A stretch of 64,000 nucleotides of DNA from Chrysomallon squamiferum (lineage: Eukaryota; Animalia; Mollusca), in the NCBI GenBank assembly GCA_012295275.1, contig CM022674.1, forward strand, positions 248,001 to 312,000, in the 5' to 3' direction. Each line of letters begins with the position of its first letter. The first letter of the stretch is position 1. A program made the translations under genes and the position numbers. Shown here one piece after another: positions 24,589 through 40,026 of this stretch. A model generated the notes under the pieces. The model was given only the letters and a program-made list of their open reading frames with translations, was not told the DNA's origin and ran no database searches.

Positions 24589-24695
24589 ATGGAGAAATTG
24601 ACATTAATTTCTGTGATTGTGACAGTCGTGTTTTGTGGAGGTTCTGGTGGTCAGCCTCTCATAGTAAACATGGGGTACCAGCTTCACGCGGGCAT
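24589..24695 (+). CDS. MEGF6: MEGF6-like EMI/EGF protein, coding exon 1 (signal peptide)
   Basis: Reads MEKLTLISVIVTVVFCGGSGG-QPLIVNMGYQLHAG(M), a signal peptide followed by the pre-EMI segment. Ends at AT|GTAAGT, a perfect phase-2 donor, and joins exon 2 in frame to give AGMPNVC. An alternative in-frame ATG lies at 24556. Confidence 0.85.
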
Positions 24696-24779
24696 GTAAG
24701 TGAAATATTCATCATTGTTTAATTTAATTTAATTTAATTTAATTTAATCTTCTTCTTCTTCTTCTTCTTCTTCTTCTTC

Positions 24780-24837
<58 letters not shown>

Positions 24838-25001
24838 TTAAATACTTACGCACCTACTCCCATAATTTAATATGAATGACTGTGTGTGTGTGTGTTTATA
24901 TGTTTATGTGCGTATATACGTATGTTTGTGTTTATGCTTATGTACGTCTATATGTTTGTACTGGTCTTTTAATGGGGGTTTTCAGAGAGAGAGAGAGAGA
25001 G

Positions 25002-25092
<91 letters not shown>

Positions 25093-26403
25093 TGTGCTGA
25101 CGCAGCAATATAAAAATTCAGTTTTCCTGTGAGCCATGAGTTGCTCCACTGACGTTCTTTGCTTTTACTTCTTTTTATTTTTTTTTTTATTTCTCGCTTT
25201 GCTTGTTATTATTATTAGTTTTTAGTTTAGTTTATCTCTTTTCGAACAAAATTTTATATATTTCAGTCATTCATTCATTCTTTCTTTCTTTAGGTGTCAT
25301 TAGTTATAGTTTAGATTTCTATTTCTATTTATTTCTTTTTTTTTTCATTTTCAGTTTCACGTACTTTCTTAATTTACTTTACTGTTTGGACATTCCTTTC
25401 TTTCGTTCACTTTTTCTTTCTTTAATCTCGTCATTCTTTAAAATATTATGATAACGAACCAGTCTGCATTTGTATCGAGTTTTCTCATTCGTTTATTTTA
25501 TTTTTATTTCTTTCTTTACTTCCTTCATTCAGTTCTTTTTTATTCTTACTATCTTTCAGAAATTATTGCATAGAAATGCGGAGTGCATTCACCTTTTGTC
25601 TTTTTGTTTATTTACTCCCCTGTCTTCTCTAAACTTTATTTCCTAAGCATTTAATACACATCTCCCTTCACATGATCGCTGTCTGTCGTTGTTACACAAA
25701 AACGTTTCCTTTATTATTTGAAATGCGTACCTGCACTCAATTAATCCTTGTTACTGAACCGTGCAATGCGCAATTCAAGCGAGCCTTCTGCAGCCCACAA
25801 CTGTGAGAAAAAACATTTTTACTTTGTCACTGACCGTGTTAGAAATAACGTAAAGAACCGCAATAAATATAACCTAATTAACTGCAAGGAACCAACAGAC
25901 GTACAGAGACACATGAATACATATTTTTTATTATTATTATTAATTTGTTATTTTTATAGAAGTTACCTTCAGCAAGTTTTTCAGCGATGTTTTCTTCCAT
26001 TTTGAAATTCTCTTCTGATTATTAAACCCGTCGCTTTGTCTGAAATTCTGTCTGTGTGTTATTTCTTTCTGTTCTTCAGTTTCTTTCTTTATCGGTTTCC
26101 CACACCATTTTCCTGACACGATTTATTTTCTTTTTTTAACTTTTTAATTTTTTTTTTTTTTAAATTGCTTTTCAAATTTTTCTACATACTTATTTCAGAT
26201 TATGTTTCAAAATCAAAGTATTTAAAATTATAATAACAAATAAATAACTATATAAATAAAAAAATAAATAAATAAATAAATAAAAGAGAAAACAGAAAAA
26301 AACATTTTAAAAATGAAAGAAAATAAAAATACATAAACACAACTAGAAAATAAAACAACTAAAATAAAAGATAAACTTTACCGCCACTAATAACAAACAA
26401 ATC

Positions 26404-26437
<34 letters not shown>

Positions 26438-26476
26438 TTAATAATAATAATAACAATAGTAATAGTAGTAGTAGTA

Positions 26477-26535
<59 letters not shown>

Positions 26536-26998
26536 TAATAATAACAACAACAATAACAATAATAATAATAATCATAATCATTACAATAACAACAACAATA
26601 ATCATGATAATGATGATGACGTCAACAATTATCATAATAACAACACCAGTAATAACACTGATATTCCACATTTAGTAGTTATTTAATTCAGTGACGGTGA
26701 AAAAGACATAATTATAACACATAGCAAATTAGTCGAGCTTGTGACGTACTTTACATCCCCAGTAAATCAGTGTTCGAGAATCCGCACAGATCACCCTTGT
26801 GTTAGTGTTAGTATGTTAACATGTAAACAGATCAGCCGTGTGTTAGTGTTAGTATGTTAACATGTAAACGAATAAGCTAGAAAGAGCATAAAATGAGGTA
26901 GTTACGGAATTGGAAAACGGTTCGTGCAAGTTTTGAGCTCAGTGACGTAGCCATTTTATATATTTATTGTTGTACTTTGCTTATTCTTAAATCTGGTC

Positions 26999-27074
<76 letters not shown>

Positions 27075-27106
27075 AATACAGAAGGATGAGAGAAAGATAA
27101 ATAATA

Positions 27107-27164
<58 letters not shown>

Positions 27165-27192
27165 TATAATAATGAAATATAAATAGATTTAA

Positions 27193-27321
27193 ACCTTTAT
27201 GCCACAATTATATCCCTATATAAATATTAATAAAGCAAATTATGCGTGATTTGCAGATTGACTGTGTTTACTAACCAGTTAACACACATTTAACAGGCCT
27301 CTGAGTCTAGCACACAAAGGG
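27193..27321. mobile_element. Possible short piggyBac-type MITE relic
   Basis: TTAA|ACCTTTATG at the left and CACAAAGGG|TTAA at the right give an imperfect CCCTTT-type TIR pair with TTAA on both sides. Confidence 0.3.
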
Positions 27322-27829
27322 TTAATGCGATCACTGACGCCGATGGGGCTGGAGTCAATCGAAAGTAAACTAATAAAATAAATATTACGTCATAAATGAG
27401 AAGCAATTTTATTGGTTAATATAGACAGTACGTGTATGCGGCTGTAGATTTGCAAACATATTTCAGTTATAAGTTCTAATTATAAGTTTTGACTAATTAT
27501 CTCACCTTGAGAGAATAAAAAATTTGTGTAGGAACTAAATATGTAGATATGTAGAACAGTAGAAAAAATAAAAAAATAAAAAAATTAAAACTATAATTGA
27601 TAATCATACCTGAACGGAAACAAATTCTTCATGTGAAATATTCATTTAAAAGCTTTGAAAGATACGTGCGCATATGTATATTTGCAAACACACGTATGCA
27701 CGCACGCACGCACACACATAATTGTAAGAAGATGCCCGCTTGCGTTTTACATTACATATAATGATACACGCACATGCATACACACACATCGTGCACATAT
27801 ACACACACATATATATATATATACACACA

Positions 27830-28231
<402 letters not shown>

Positions 28232-28706
28232 TAACTCAGCTCATTTTTCGCAGAAGGCGAAAGAAATCGAACATTCCGGAAGTACAGCACATCCGGAAGT
28301 ACTTGCCCGTAATAATGATATCACGTTGTCATGGTTACTGAGTACGGCGTCTGTTTTAACAATCATTTCTGCCCCGTGGCGAAGACTTTGGCTCCTGTAG
28401 CACACTTTGTGTTTTAACGACTGTTCGCTCGGAACCGGCACGTTTATATTTGTCATCTTCAGTTGCAAATCAAACAAACAAGCGTATGAAGTATCGAATG
28501 AAATACTTCACAGAACGATAGCGTTCGCTGAATCATACGTTTATACTGCTGATTCGACATTTCTTTTAGTCCACTGCGAAATATAAAATATCTGGGAGAT
28601 AAGGATCGCATGTATATGGACAGTTAGAGCGCGGGACGGACACAAATTCAAAGATATAGACAGATAGGTGGACAGATGCAGAAGAAGACAGAGAAAGAGA
28701 GAGAAA

Positions 28707-28794
<88 letters not shown>

Positions 28795-28795
28795 T

Positions 28796-28909
<114 letters not shown>

Positions 28910-31900
28910 GTACCTAACGACATACATACAAACAGATACATGTATGTATATATGTGTATATGTGGGTAAACGTTTTAAATTTTGAAATCCACAGACAAAC
29001 AGTGAGAGAGCCAGACAGAGATATGTAATAGACAGATAGCTAGATAGATAGACAGAGATATGTAATAGACAGATAGCTAGATAGATAGACAGAGACATGT
29101 AATAGACAGATAGCTAGATAGACAGACAGATAGCTAGATAGATAGACAGAGACATGTAATAGACAGATAGCTAGATAGACAGACAGATAGATTCAGAAAG
29201 AGACAGATAAGCAGAATGATAGATAATTGTTGAGAAATATATTTAAACAGACTGTATTATTACACACACATGTGTTAGAGCGCTTGTGCAAATACATGTC
29301 TGTGTGTTGTTTATGTATTTGTGTGTTACACCCAGACACTCAGACTATCTCAGGACAAAACCGCGCTGTATGTCACTAAATTAGGTTAAATATGAAACCA
29401 ATAGGACATGTTTTTCAAGTCACGTAATCGCAAAACCGTGAAATTGGCTTCCGCTCTGACAGTTTTTTGTATCCGTGTCGTCTGGCCTAACAAAGAAGTT
29501 TTCAAAATACACCACTGTGATTGTGACACACTTATATGTCCATTCCTTCCTTTGTTCGTTCATTCATTTATACCTTCGTTAGACAATTCATTCAGTCATA
29601 CCTTAGTTCGATAATATATTCAGTTATTCCTTCGTTCGTTCGATAATATATTCAGTTATTCCTTCGTTCGTTCGATAATTTCTTCTTTCGTTCATTTGTT
29701 CGTCAGTTCGTTGGATAATTCGTTAGTTTAATAATTTGTTTCAACGCTCACTCGTTTATTCGTTCCATGCATTTATTCGTTCTTTCGTTCGTGTATTTAT
29801 TCTTTCGTTCCTGTATTGTTCATGCTTTACTTCGTTCGTGCACACATTCATTATATGCTTTGTTGGATTCTGTTTCATCTGTTCGTGCCATGCATGAAAC
29901 ACAGCTGCGTAATTTTTATTTTTTTATTTTTTTAAATGTCTTTATTTAAAAGTCTTGCTGTTGAGTTGTAGGACACAGAATGTCTTAGACTAGTGTGTAT
30001 TAGTACTGATATCCTTATTCATACATTTGTGCGTTTTATTTCTTCTTCATTGATTCATAATCATAATTAGCTAGTTTTTGTTATTGTTTTAGTGTTTGTT
30101 AATTCGTTCTTTTTTCGATCTTTTATTCGTTGGTTCTTTCCTTCAAACATTAAATAATTAATTAATTTGTTTTTACTTCATTATTTCTTTCGGTTTTCTT
30201 TCATTCATTCATTCATTCATTTCTCCTTGCCTCCATTCCTTCAATCATGTCATTTACTTTTATTTTTTCATTCTCTTCATTTGTCCTTCCTTTCTTCCTT
30301 CCTTCATTAATTGACTTATTCATTGATTTGTTTAGGCATTCTGTCTTCAGATTATTAAATCATAAACACACAAATATGGTTCCGCTTTTTGTTAGATTAA
30401 AATATAATCTTTCTAGTGTTTTCTCTATTCCAAGCTCAGTTTAAAGATATAAAACAAAAAAATATATCACGTATATCTGTGTTACTCAGAAAGCTGGATT
30501 TTCTCATTTATAAAATTTACTTTTCTTTTTAAATTTTTTTATTAATATTTTTTTTTTTTAAAGATTTTTCTGTATAATGTACACATTGCATGTCATTTTT
30601 TTTTTTTATTTATGTTTATTTTATTATTATTATTTTTTAAAATTAATTCTGATATTTGATTCATAAGATACAAAGCCTGTTTGTTACTAGTTTTTATTAC
30701 CTTTATTTTTTCCCCCATTTATCAATTTGTTTGCTAAGTGCATTTTATATGCCTATTCATTCTTTCTTTCGTTCATTTATCTTGCTTTTATCTGTTAATT
30801 TTCTTCATTAGACTTTTTTGTTCATTCTTTCTTTCTTTCTTTCAACCATATATTAAGTTCATTCATTATAATAATTTATGCGTATTTTGCATCATGTATT
30901 CATTCATTCAGTAAGTCTGTCATTCACTAATTGATTCATTCATTCAATTCATTAGTTCATTCTTTCATTCATTCATTCACTCATTCATTTATTCACCCAT
31001 TCTTTTCATCATTTCCTCACTCAAGCTTTGAATCCAATATACCCCTTCATTCATTTATTCATTCAATCAGTCATTCATTCATTCATCCATTCGTTCATTT
31101 ATTCATTCCTCATAGTCAGTATATCACAAATGCATACCACACATATCTATTGCAACAACAGTTCAGGAATGTAGACCTTACGTATTAATCTGCCGCTCCT
31201 AAAATGCTGGGTTATGTTTTATATCAGCTTCTCACTTGACTGCACTCGACTATAAAATACGTCCCTTACACGCTGAAGACTACAAAAAAAAAAAAAAAAA
31301 AAATTAACCTGTAACATGTACGTAACTAAACAGTTATTTACTTACGAATGCGTCTTACATAAGCTCTTAAGTATAAATAATAGACTGAGATACTTGTGTC
31401 TGAAAACTGCTGAGAGAGAAAGAGAGAAATATTTACCAGTTTTGAAGTGTTGACTACGTCATCAACACGACAGCAGTATACTCGATATACTTCAGAAGTA
31501 TAATTGTCGTATACACTTAAAGTACATTGCCGGTAATTTAGTATAAGTTAGAAGTATTCTTACAACACATCAGATGTACATGTTGTTTGTATAGCAGAAG
31601 TACACCGCTGTATTCTCAGTGATATTAACCTAAGCTTTCATTATATGATTGATACCAGGCGTATCTCAGAATTATACCAACAGTACGTTGTGCATATGTG
31701 TGTTATATGTATGTGTTTCTACACACACACACACACACACATGTCACAGGTATAGTATCAGTATGTCAAATGAACACTAACGTGTGTGTATGTATGTATG
31801 TATACACACACACACATGTCACAAGTATATTATCAGCATGCCAGAAGTATATTAAATTACGTCAGACGTATTCTGGTAGTACATTGTCAGTAATTTAGAT

Positions 31901-33863
31901 ATATATATATAAGGAAGGTATAAGAGTTAATTAAATATTTCCATTCTTCAGAGATATAACCAAGCACGCTTGTACTTCTATATCGACCAAAACCTTCACC
32001 AAGATTTTAACATTCTTCAACACACCTTACTTCTCTCACCTGCCAAGAAGTGTATGCAATTACTTAGTTAAACAGTCTCACCTTGTTTGGTTTGGAGAGT
32101 AATTTATTTAGTACACGTTTAATTATACCTTGCTGGTGGTCCGCGTTGTGAAAAACCTCAAATTATTTACCTTCTTACTGGTGATTGCATTTACTGTTTA
32201 GACTAGTCAGTACAGTCGGTGTTTAGTGGATTTAAATACACTGATAAATGATAAGTGTGTAACAAATAGATACATACAACGATAGACAGATACAACTATA
32301 GACAGATACAGCAACATAGACAGATTGTTGATATATTATAAATAGATGGAGATATATATGTGTGCGTGTTTTATATGTGTATATGTAGGTTCTAATGGCA
32401 AACATATATATATATACACACACACACACATACACACACACAGACACACATATATACACACACAGACACACACGTACTCACAGACACACATATATACACA
32501 CAGACACACACGTACTCAAACTGTATATAATGAAAAAAAAACTTACACAGCACCTGTGCGATATTTTATCAACGTCTGTCGCAGGGATCAAGTTTAAGAC
32601 GTTAAACTAAAAAGACCTGATATAAGCAACACGACACCTCGACATTACATACCTTTTAATTTGTCCGCGGCTATCTCGAAGTTAGTTTAATGACCCGAGG
32701 ATCATTTTTTTATTACTTGACTTCTTTGTGAGATGAGGAAACAGTTTATTTAATAGCCTCGGACGCCTCAGATTGAAATGTTTAAGCGGAGGCTGGGACA
32801 GTTTTCAGTTTGTAGGACCGGTGTCAGGTACAGGAGAGTTAGAAATTATACACTGATTACCTAGGTGGGCAGGTGTTAAGTAGGTGCTGTATACTTAATA
32901 TTTCATTTCAGTAGATGTTGTGAGTAGACTGTTATGAAAAAATCTACTGTTCTAGATGATTAAATATTTAAGATTAAATGAATGAATAAATTGATTAATT
33001 AAATAAAGGAACGAACGAACGAATGAACAAATAAAATAAATGAATGACTATATATATATATAAAGAGATAGAGAAAGAAGAAAGAGAGAGAGGGAGAGAC
33101 AGAGATATTCAGACAGAAAAGTAAATATATATGATGTAAAGAGACAAAAAGATGAAGACTGTATATTAATAAGGGAGTGTAGTGTATCTTTATATCTATA
33201 ATCAGTACAGTGTTAGACACTTCAGTGGAACAGATGTTTAATTAAGATATTATGAATATGATAGTGTTTGGCTTTTTCAAAGAACAAGGAAGAGATGATT
33301 CATAAAGCCCTCATCGCATTTTCATCCTGCGTTAGACCAAACTGTGCTGTTTTGTGTGTTTCAAATGAAAATACCCAAATCACGAAAACGTTTCCTCAAC
33401 CTTGTAGGTCCTAATGGCGTAAAATTCACACAGCGTCATCTAGAAATGATTCCGCCATCACGTTTTGATCCCAGAACTTTTGGCTAATATCCAGTGAGAG
33501 TAGGCGTGGTGTAATTGTTCACGTATATCATATGAACAATATTCCATATTGTAAAATAACGTTTTAAACTAACGAGTCAATGGAAATAATATGGCTGGGA
33601 ATGTCCGAGTGGTCAAACTGGTCATTGTGACATTAAAAGATCTCTGGAGGCAGTAATAGTGATAATAACGACGTTTTCTGTGATTTCAGTTCCGTATCAA
33701 GTATCGCAGAGTTGAGGATTTGCTGAATTCTGTGGGTTCATTACATGGGATTGCACAGCTAAGCCCAGCTTAAAGTGTTAGAAAAAGTTAGAAATAACAG
33801 TGATACATCCAAGTCTGGTTTGCATTATTACAGACCACCGCATAATTTAAACTGGTTAGAGTC

Positions 33864-33931
<68 letters not shown>

Positions 33932-34295
33932 CATTCATACAGACGCACGCACACACACACACACACACAGTTACTGTGTAATGGCCCAAGCCGTGATATT
34001 TTTAAATTAGTCTGAGCACTCAAGACGGCGAAAGATGCAACAGTGGAAATGTATGTAAGAAACATGCATGCCACGTGCATAACGTGCATTTTGCAACATC
34101 CAGTATTTCCTGGAAGCAAACATGCTTTTATAACGATGTCTGTGCAAAGCATTTCCTCAGTATCCGCACACTCGGCATTGTTTACACGTGACTTCCTAGA
34201 GATGTGCTGTAACGAACGTGTAACACTGTCAGACATTCATCACAGCGGAATCACAGCGGTTAACAAGAACAGTTAGTGTTAGTTCTGTAGAACTT

Positions 34296-34368
34296 ATATA
34301 CATATATACATACACACACCCACACCCACACACACATATATATATATATATATATACAGACACACACC

Positions 34369-34410
<42 letters not shown>

Positions 34411-34422
34411 CACACACACACC

Positions 34423-34460
<38 letters not shown>

Positions 34461-34468
34461 CACACACC

Positions 34469-34500
<32 letters not shown>

Positions 34501-34519
34501 CAGACACACACACACCCAC

Positions 34520-34550
<31 letters not shown>

Positions 34551-34795
34551 CAGACACACACATACACACACATATATATACATACAGACACACACACACA
34601 CATATATATACATACACACACACACACATATATATATATACATACATATATACATATATACATACAGACACACACATACACACACACATATATATATATA
34701 TACATACATATATACATATATACATACAGACACACACATACACACACACACATATATATATATACATACAGAAACACACACACACAAATATATAT
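34296..34795. repeat. Compound (TA)n/(CA)n higher-order simple repeat
   Basis: Alternating TA and CA blocks punctuated by TACAGACAC. Explains ORFs at 34229-34841. Confidence 0.9.
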
Positions 34796-34896
34796 ACTGT
34801 ATCACATGAAGCCTAGGTATTCCCAAGAATGTCTGTCTCATTTTTTCTTTCTTTCTCTATTTCTCTCACTTTTTCTTTCTTTCTTTCTCTCATTTT

Positions 34897-34972
<76 letters not shown>

Positions 34973-35735
34973 GCTACTTAAGTGACAATACTACATTTTC
35001 CACACGAAACAGCAGTTGTAGTCTCTCGTTTCTATTTGCATAATAACTGTTTTATCCGTTGTAAAAAGAAAGAACAAATAAATACAGCTAAACTTTTCAA
35101 GATGCCTTTAAACAAACACATAACACTCCAGAGAAAAAATAGTTTAAACAACTTTGGCACCTGCTTTAATCTACAATTTTTCTCTTTCTTTTTCACCTTA
35201 TCTTTTTCGTCTCTTTATGCTTTTTGACTGCACGGTCTCTAATAAAGTATTATTATTCGTTCATGTTCGTGTATCGTCAGTTTCACTCTTACATTGTTCA
35301 CACCGAGTCGAAACAAAAACGTTTTGTTGTTGTTCCACAACTTCAAAGGGAAAATAAAAATGTTAATGTCAGTGGGTAAGTGATAACGTATTTCATAAAA
35401 ACCACGCCGTGTTTTCATACTTCTGCTGTTTTTGTATTAACAGTTTTCATCACACCTTTCACAGAAATGTGGCTCTTTTTATAAAAGTTTGTTTATTCGT
35501 TTATTTGTTAATGCTAAGGTTCTTGTATTACGAAGTTACAAACATCTGTCTCCCCCTTTATTTTTTCTCTTTCTCATCGATGCAGAGACACACACAGAGA
35601 AAGAAAATGAACGATAGATAGATAGAGAGAAAGATTGAGAGAATGAACGACAGACAGGTAGAGAGAGAGAGAAAGAGAATGAACGATAGAACGATAGATA
35701 TAGAGAAAGAAAAAGAGAGAGAATGAACGATAGTT

Positions 35736-35798
<63 letters not shown>

Positions 35799-37218
35799 CT
35801 AAAGAATACCAGGTACATCTATTCGCTCCTCAGTTTAATTGCTGTTAATGGTGACGTTGAACGACAGGTGGTAATCACGTGTTCGTCATTCAGATAACTA
35901 AAACTGTTATCAGCTGACCCTCCGCCTCGGTTTGAAAACGCTCACTGCACCCAGTCGCACAGCAACGTCTTCTTCTTTCTGATGTTTGCAATTCTCACTT
36001 CCTACATTTCCTCACTGCAGACGAGGCAGCATGCATTTCCCGTGCGTGCATTTCCCGCCCACTTCATTTCTAACATGAATAACACAGCAGCATGTTGCCA
36101 GCAACATTCCACCAAAAGGACGATGTGGATAATGATTTTATTATCTTTTTTTTTTCCTTCAAAAAAAAAAAAAAATAAAAAAAGAGACCCAAGACGAAGC
36201 CTATTTGAACCCATCAGACACTCGAGGGAAAATGATCTTTCCGATATGCAAACAAAAGCAGCCTTGGGGCTGTTTCCTTTTAAGACTTCGATAAAAGGTA
36301 GAGGGTCGGGGAGGGGGTAATAAAGGCTGGTCATTATCCTCGGACAACTGGACACACTGATGACCACAGTATTATTTCCAGTTTGATAGAAAAGTTCGTT
36401 CCGCTGCTCGTTGAATGGAGTTTATTAACGACCCCTGTTTTTCTAAATAATCGACGTATAATGAAGACGTCTTCAGGTCTGCTTAGGAAATTGCCGTCAT
36501 TCAGTCGCAAACTAGTCATGCATGACCTCACGTGATCCCTGCAAATGAAGCGTGCATTGTTTAAGATGCGGTTAGTGGGCAGTTGTTGCTGATGTTGTTG
36601 TTGTTGCGGAAACTCCACGCTGCATGACAGTAACAATGTCTGCTGAAGTAGTTTTGTCTCTGAAACACAGGCTGCTTGTTGGTCCGTTCAGAATCAGAAT
36701 CAAACTGAACTGACAAGATTTACCCGAGTCTTTGAAAATATCGTTACTGATGATATTTTTTGACCATTTCTTTTTTCTTTCTTTCTTTTTCTTCTTCTTC
36801 TTCTTCTTCTTCTTCTTCTTCTTCTTTCTTTCTTTCTTTCTTTCTTCTTCTTCTTCTTCTTTCTTTCTTTCTTTCTTTCTTTCTTTTTTCCTTTCTTTAT
36901 GTATATTTCATTTTGTATTTGTCACGTTCAAAAATGTTTTGGGACATTCAGATTTAGAGTTCGAACGTCAAAACAATAAAATTATGCGAATTCGACCTCA
37001 GCCTGATTAAAATCATAAGATTGCCGATGCGTGTGTTTATGTAACTGAAAAAAATGTAACGAAAACCAATTAATATCAAAAGAAAATAATTATAACAAAA
37101 ACAAAATGAAAAGCATCCGTACAAAAGAAACAGAGGAATTGAAAATAACAAAATAACAACAGAGTCAAATTTATGTGACTAAAACAATAATTATATTAAA
37201 GTTTAATGCAAAGATATG

Positions 37219-37251
<33 letters not shown>

Positions 37252-37899
37252 ATGTATATGTGTATATTACTTGACCCCTAAAGTAAAATGTATTCAAACA
37301 AAATCCACTACGAGGGTTTTAAAAAGCTGCTTCACGCGGAGACTTGAGTGGCCAAACATTCATTGTTTGCTTCTCTCGTGTGATCCTTTCTAGAGTTTCA
37401 GAATAACGTTTGAGTGTTTTCTCAAGTGGAGATATGGAGGATTATTTTCACATACAGAGGCCAGTGTAGCATGAAAAACATATTATTTCGGAGTACATTT
37501 TTAATATACAAAAAAAAAAAAAAGATCTGTCCATCTATCTTTATCTGTCTTCTTTTCTACATGTAACTGTGCATGTGCACACATATATATATCTGTGTGT
37601 GTGTGTGCGCGCGTGTTTCTGTATGTACATACATATATTTGTTTTTCCTATCATAACGTACAAACGCCACACAATAACGAACTGTTTTTCTCGTTGTTGA
37701 GAGGTGATATTACGTAATAAATAACCGAGTATTTACGGATATCACTTAGCGCTGGTTTACCTGACTTAGTTCCACACTTTATTGGTAAACGTGAGCACAC
37801 TAACATCTGAAGTGGTTGTGTGTTGATGTACTGAGCAAATAAAACCAGGAAACGAAAAGAACACTTCATAAACAAAACATAACACCACCAGCAATAACA

Positions 37900-38045
37900 A
37901 CAGCAGCACCAACAGCATCAACAGCAGGTATATCAATAGCAACAACAGCAACAGCATCAACAGCAGGTATATCAATAGCAACAATAACTACAGCATCCAC
38001 AGCAGGTATATCAATAGCAACAACAACAACGATAGTAGCAGGTTT
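37900..38045. repeat. 39-bp minisatellite, 3-4 degenerate copies
   Basis: CAGCATC(A/C)ACAGCAGGTATATCAATAGCAACAA recurs at 39-nt spacing. Confidence 0.8.
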
Positions 38046-39837
38046 ATATGTAATAACAAGTGTGACTGTGTTGTAAACAGTACGAAGGAGACTAACAATA
38101 AAAGCAACAACAATGCAAGCATCAGCATCAGCAGCAAAACAGTCCCAAACGACACCAACAGTGATAATAACATGGAACAACAACAACAACAACAACAACG
38201 GTGCCACCATCAGTGATAAGCAAACATAAATAGAACCACTATCAACAGATAGCAAGAGTAACTGTAAGAGTGAAAGAAAATAAAAATGACACGACCTACA
38301 GTACCTGCAGCAGCCACAACGTCGTCTGCAACAGCAACACTAATAGTAGTAATAGTAAAAGCAGTATTAATAGTAGTAGTTGAAGTAGTTGTAGTAGTCG
38401 CAGTAACAGCAATCGTAGTTGTAGTAGTCGCAGTAACAGCAGTCGTAGCAGTAGTAGTTGTATGAGTAGTGGTGTTGGTGGATGCTGTGTGTATTGTAAG
38501 TGGAGATACTGGACTCACAAACTGGTATCGTGATAAAAGTGATAAATTAATAAAGACTAATGTAATCTAAGATTTCTTTCAGTATTACGTAATTCACGTC
38601 TCTCAATTTCTAACGTAACTTTAAGTTCATAAACTTTTAAACATTTCTCAGTGACCTATCTTATTTTCACATACATCTCTTCATAAAAATAAAAAAAATT
38701 ATACTGAAACCATTCAAAAAATTCCTGAAACTTTACTCCTGAAATATCTTCATTTTGCCCTTCCACATAGCTCCTTATAAAAGTCTTATAATATTAGTTT
38801 GTACTAAAACCCCTTGCGTATAAATCTAATAAAACTATTTTGTACACAAACCATTTCAAGTTCTCACAAAACTTTAAGTTTTGGTTCTTAAACCTGTGTG
38901 AAAATCTTTATGGAATTTACAGCTGAAATATCCAGTGTGTATTTTCGTCACAGAGTATCAAAGTGAGTAAACAAGTAAGAACTGTGACGTAACGGTATTT
39001 GTCAACCAGCGGTGCGATACCACTAATAGCCGAGCTTTTATGTACGTGAATGAAAGGATGTGTAAATATTTGTACAGCAAGTCAGTGCAGCTTTCTCACA
39101 GTCACTGAGAAATAATTGAGAAAAACCTGTGGCTAAGCGTTTGAATGAAAGAGTATACGACTTTCAGTTTATGTTAGAAAATAGTATTGTTAATATTCAT
39201 TTATTTTATTTTAAAATATCAGTAAAAACTGCCTTGTACTGAATAAACATTTTAAGAAGAAAGAAAAGTCTTAGAGAACTGGATTCAGGCATGTTAGCCT
39301 GCGCGATCAGTCCTCCTTAAAGCGCCAATTAAAGTATTTTCTGTTCTTGTTAATGGAAATTTTTGTGTGCTGTAGTAAAATGCTCTCGCTCATTTTCTAA
39401 CTATCGAAAAAGTTATTTTTACGTCAGCAGATAACGGCCATTATACATTTTATAACTGTCAGGAGACGATTTAATGACGACTCTCAGATTAATTTGTTCA
39501 GTATTCTAAATAGTAGATGTTACAGATGTTATATCTATCAAGGAAGGAGTTTTACATATACTTCTAATAACAAGACTGTGGATCACCACAGCTCTGTTAC
39601 TAATATTATACATATCAAGAGAAGATTTAATCTTAATTTGTTATTAATGTTATAACAGTCAGCAATGAACTGTTATTAACATCTCTCAAGTGAACTCTGT
39701 TATTAATTTCAAACTACTAAGAGAAAACTGTTATTCGTAATTTTCAAATGAGGACTGTTATTACTTTTGTAACATTATTTATAACTCTTAGGAAGAAGTG
39801 TTATTATTTCACAACTAACAAAGGAAAAACTAGTATT

Positions 39838-40026
39838 GATGAGTTACAAATAAGGACTGTCATTGATAACTTACAAATAAGGACTGATATTGATAACTTA
39901 CAAATGAGGACTGATATTGATAACTTACAAATGGGGACTGTTATTTATAACTTACAAATAAGGACTGTCATTGATAACTTACAAATGAGGACTGATATTG
40001 ATAACTTACAAATGGGGACTTTTATT
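39838..40026. repeat. 27-bp minisatellite, 7 copies, with decayed copies upstream
   Basis: Unit GATAACTTACAAAT(A/G)(A/G)GGACTG(A/T)(T/C)ATT at 27-nt period from 39838. CTGTTATT remnants extend back to ~39600. Confidence 0.9.

Noticed and set aside
33595-33640. tRNA A-box-like TGTCCGAGTGGTCAA
   Set aside because: No B-box or cloverleaf follows.
36350-36400. CTGATGA hammerhead-core words here and at ~51994
   Set aside because: No stem II closing onto GAAA and no flanking stems I and III.
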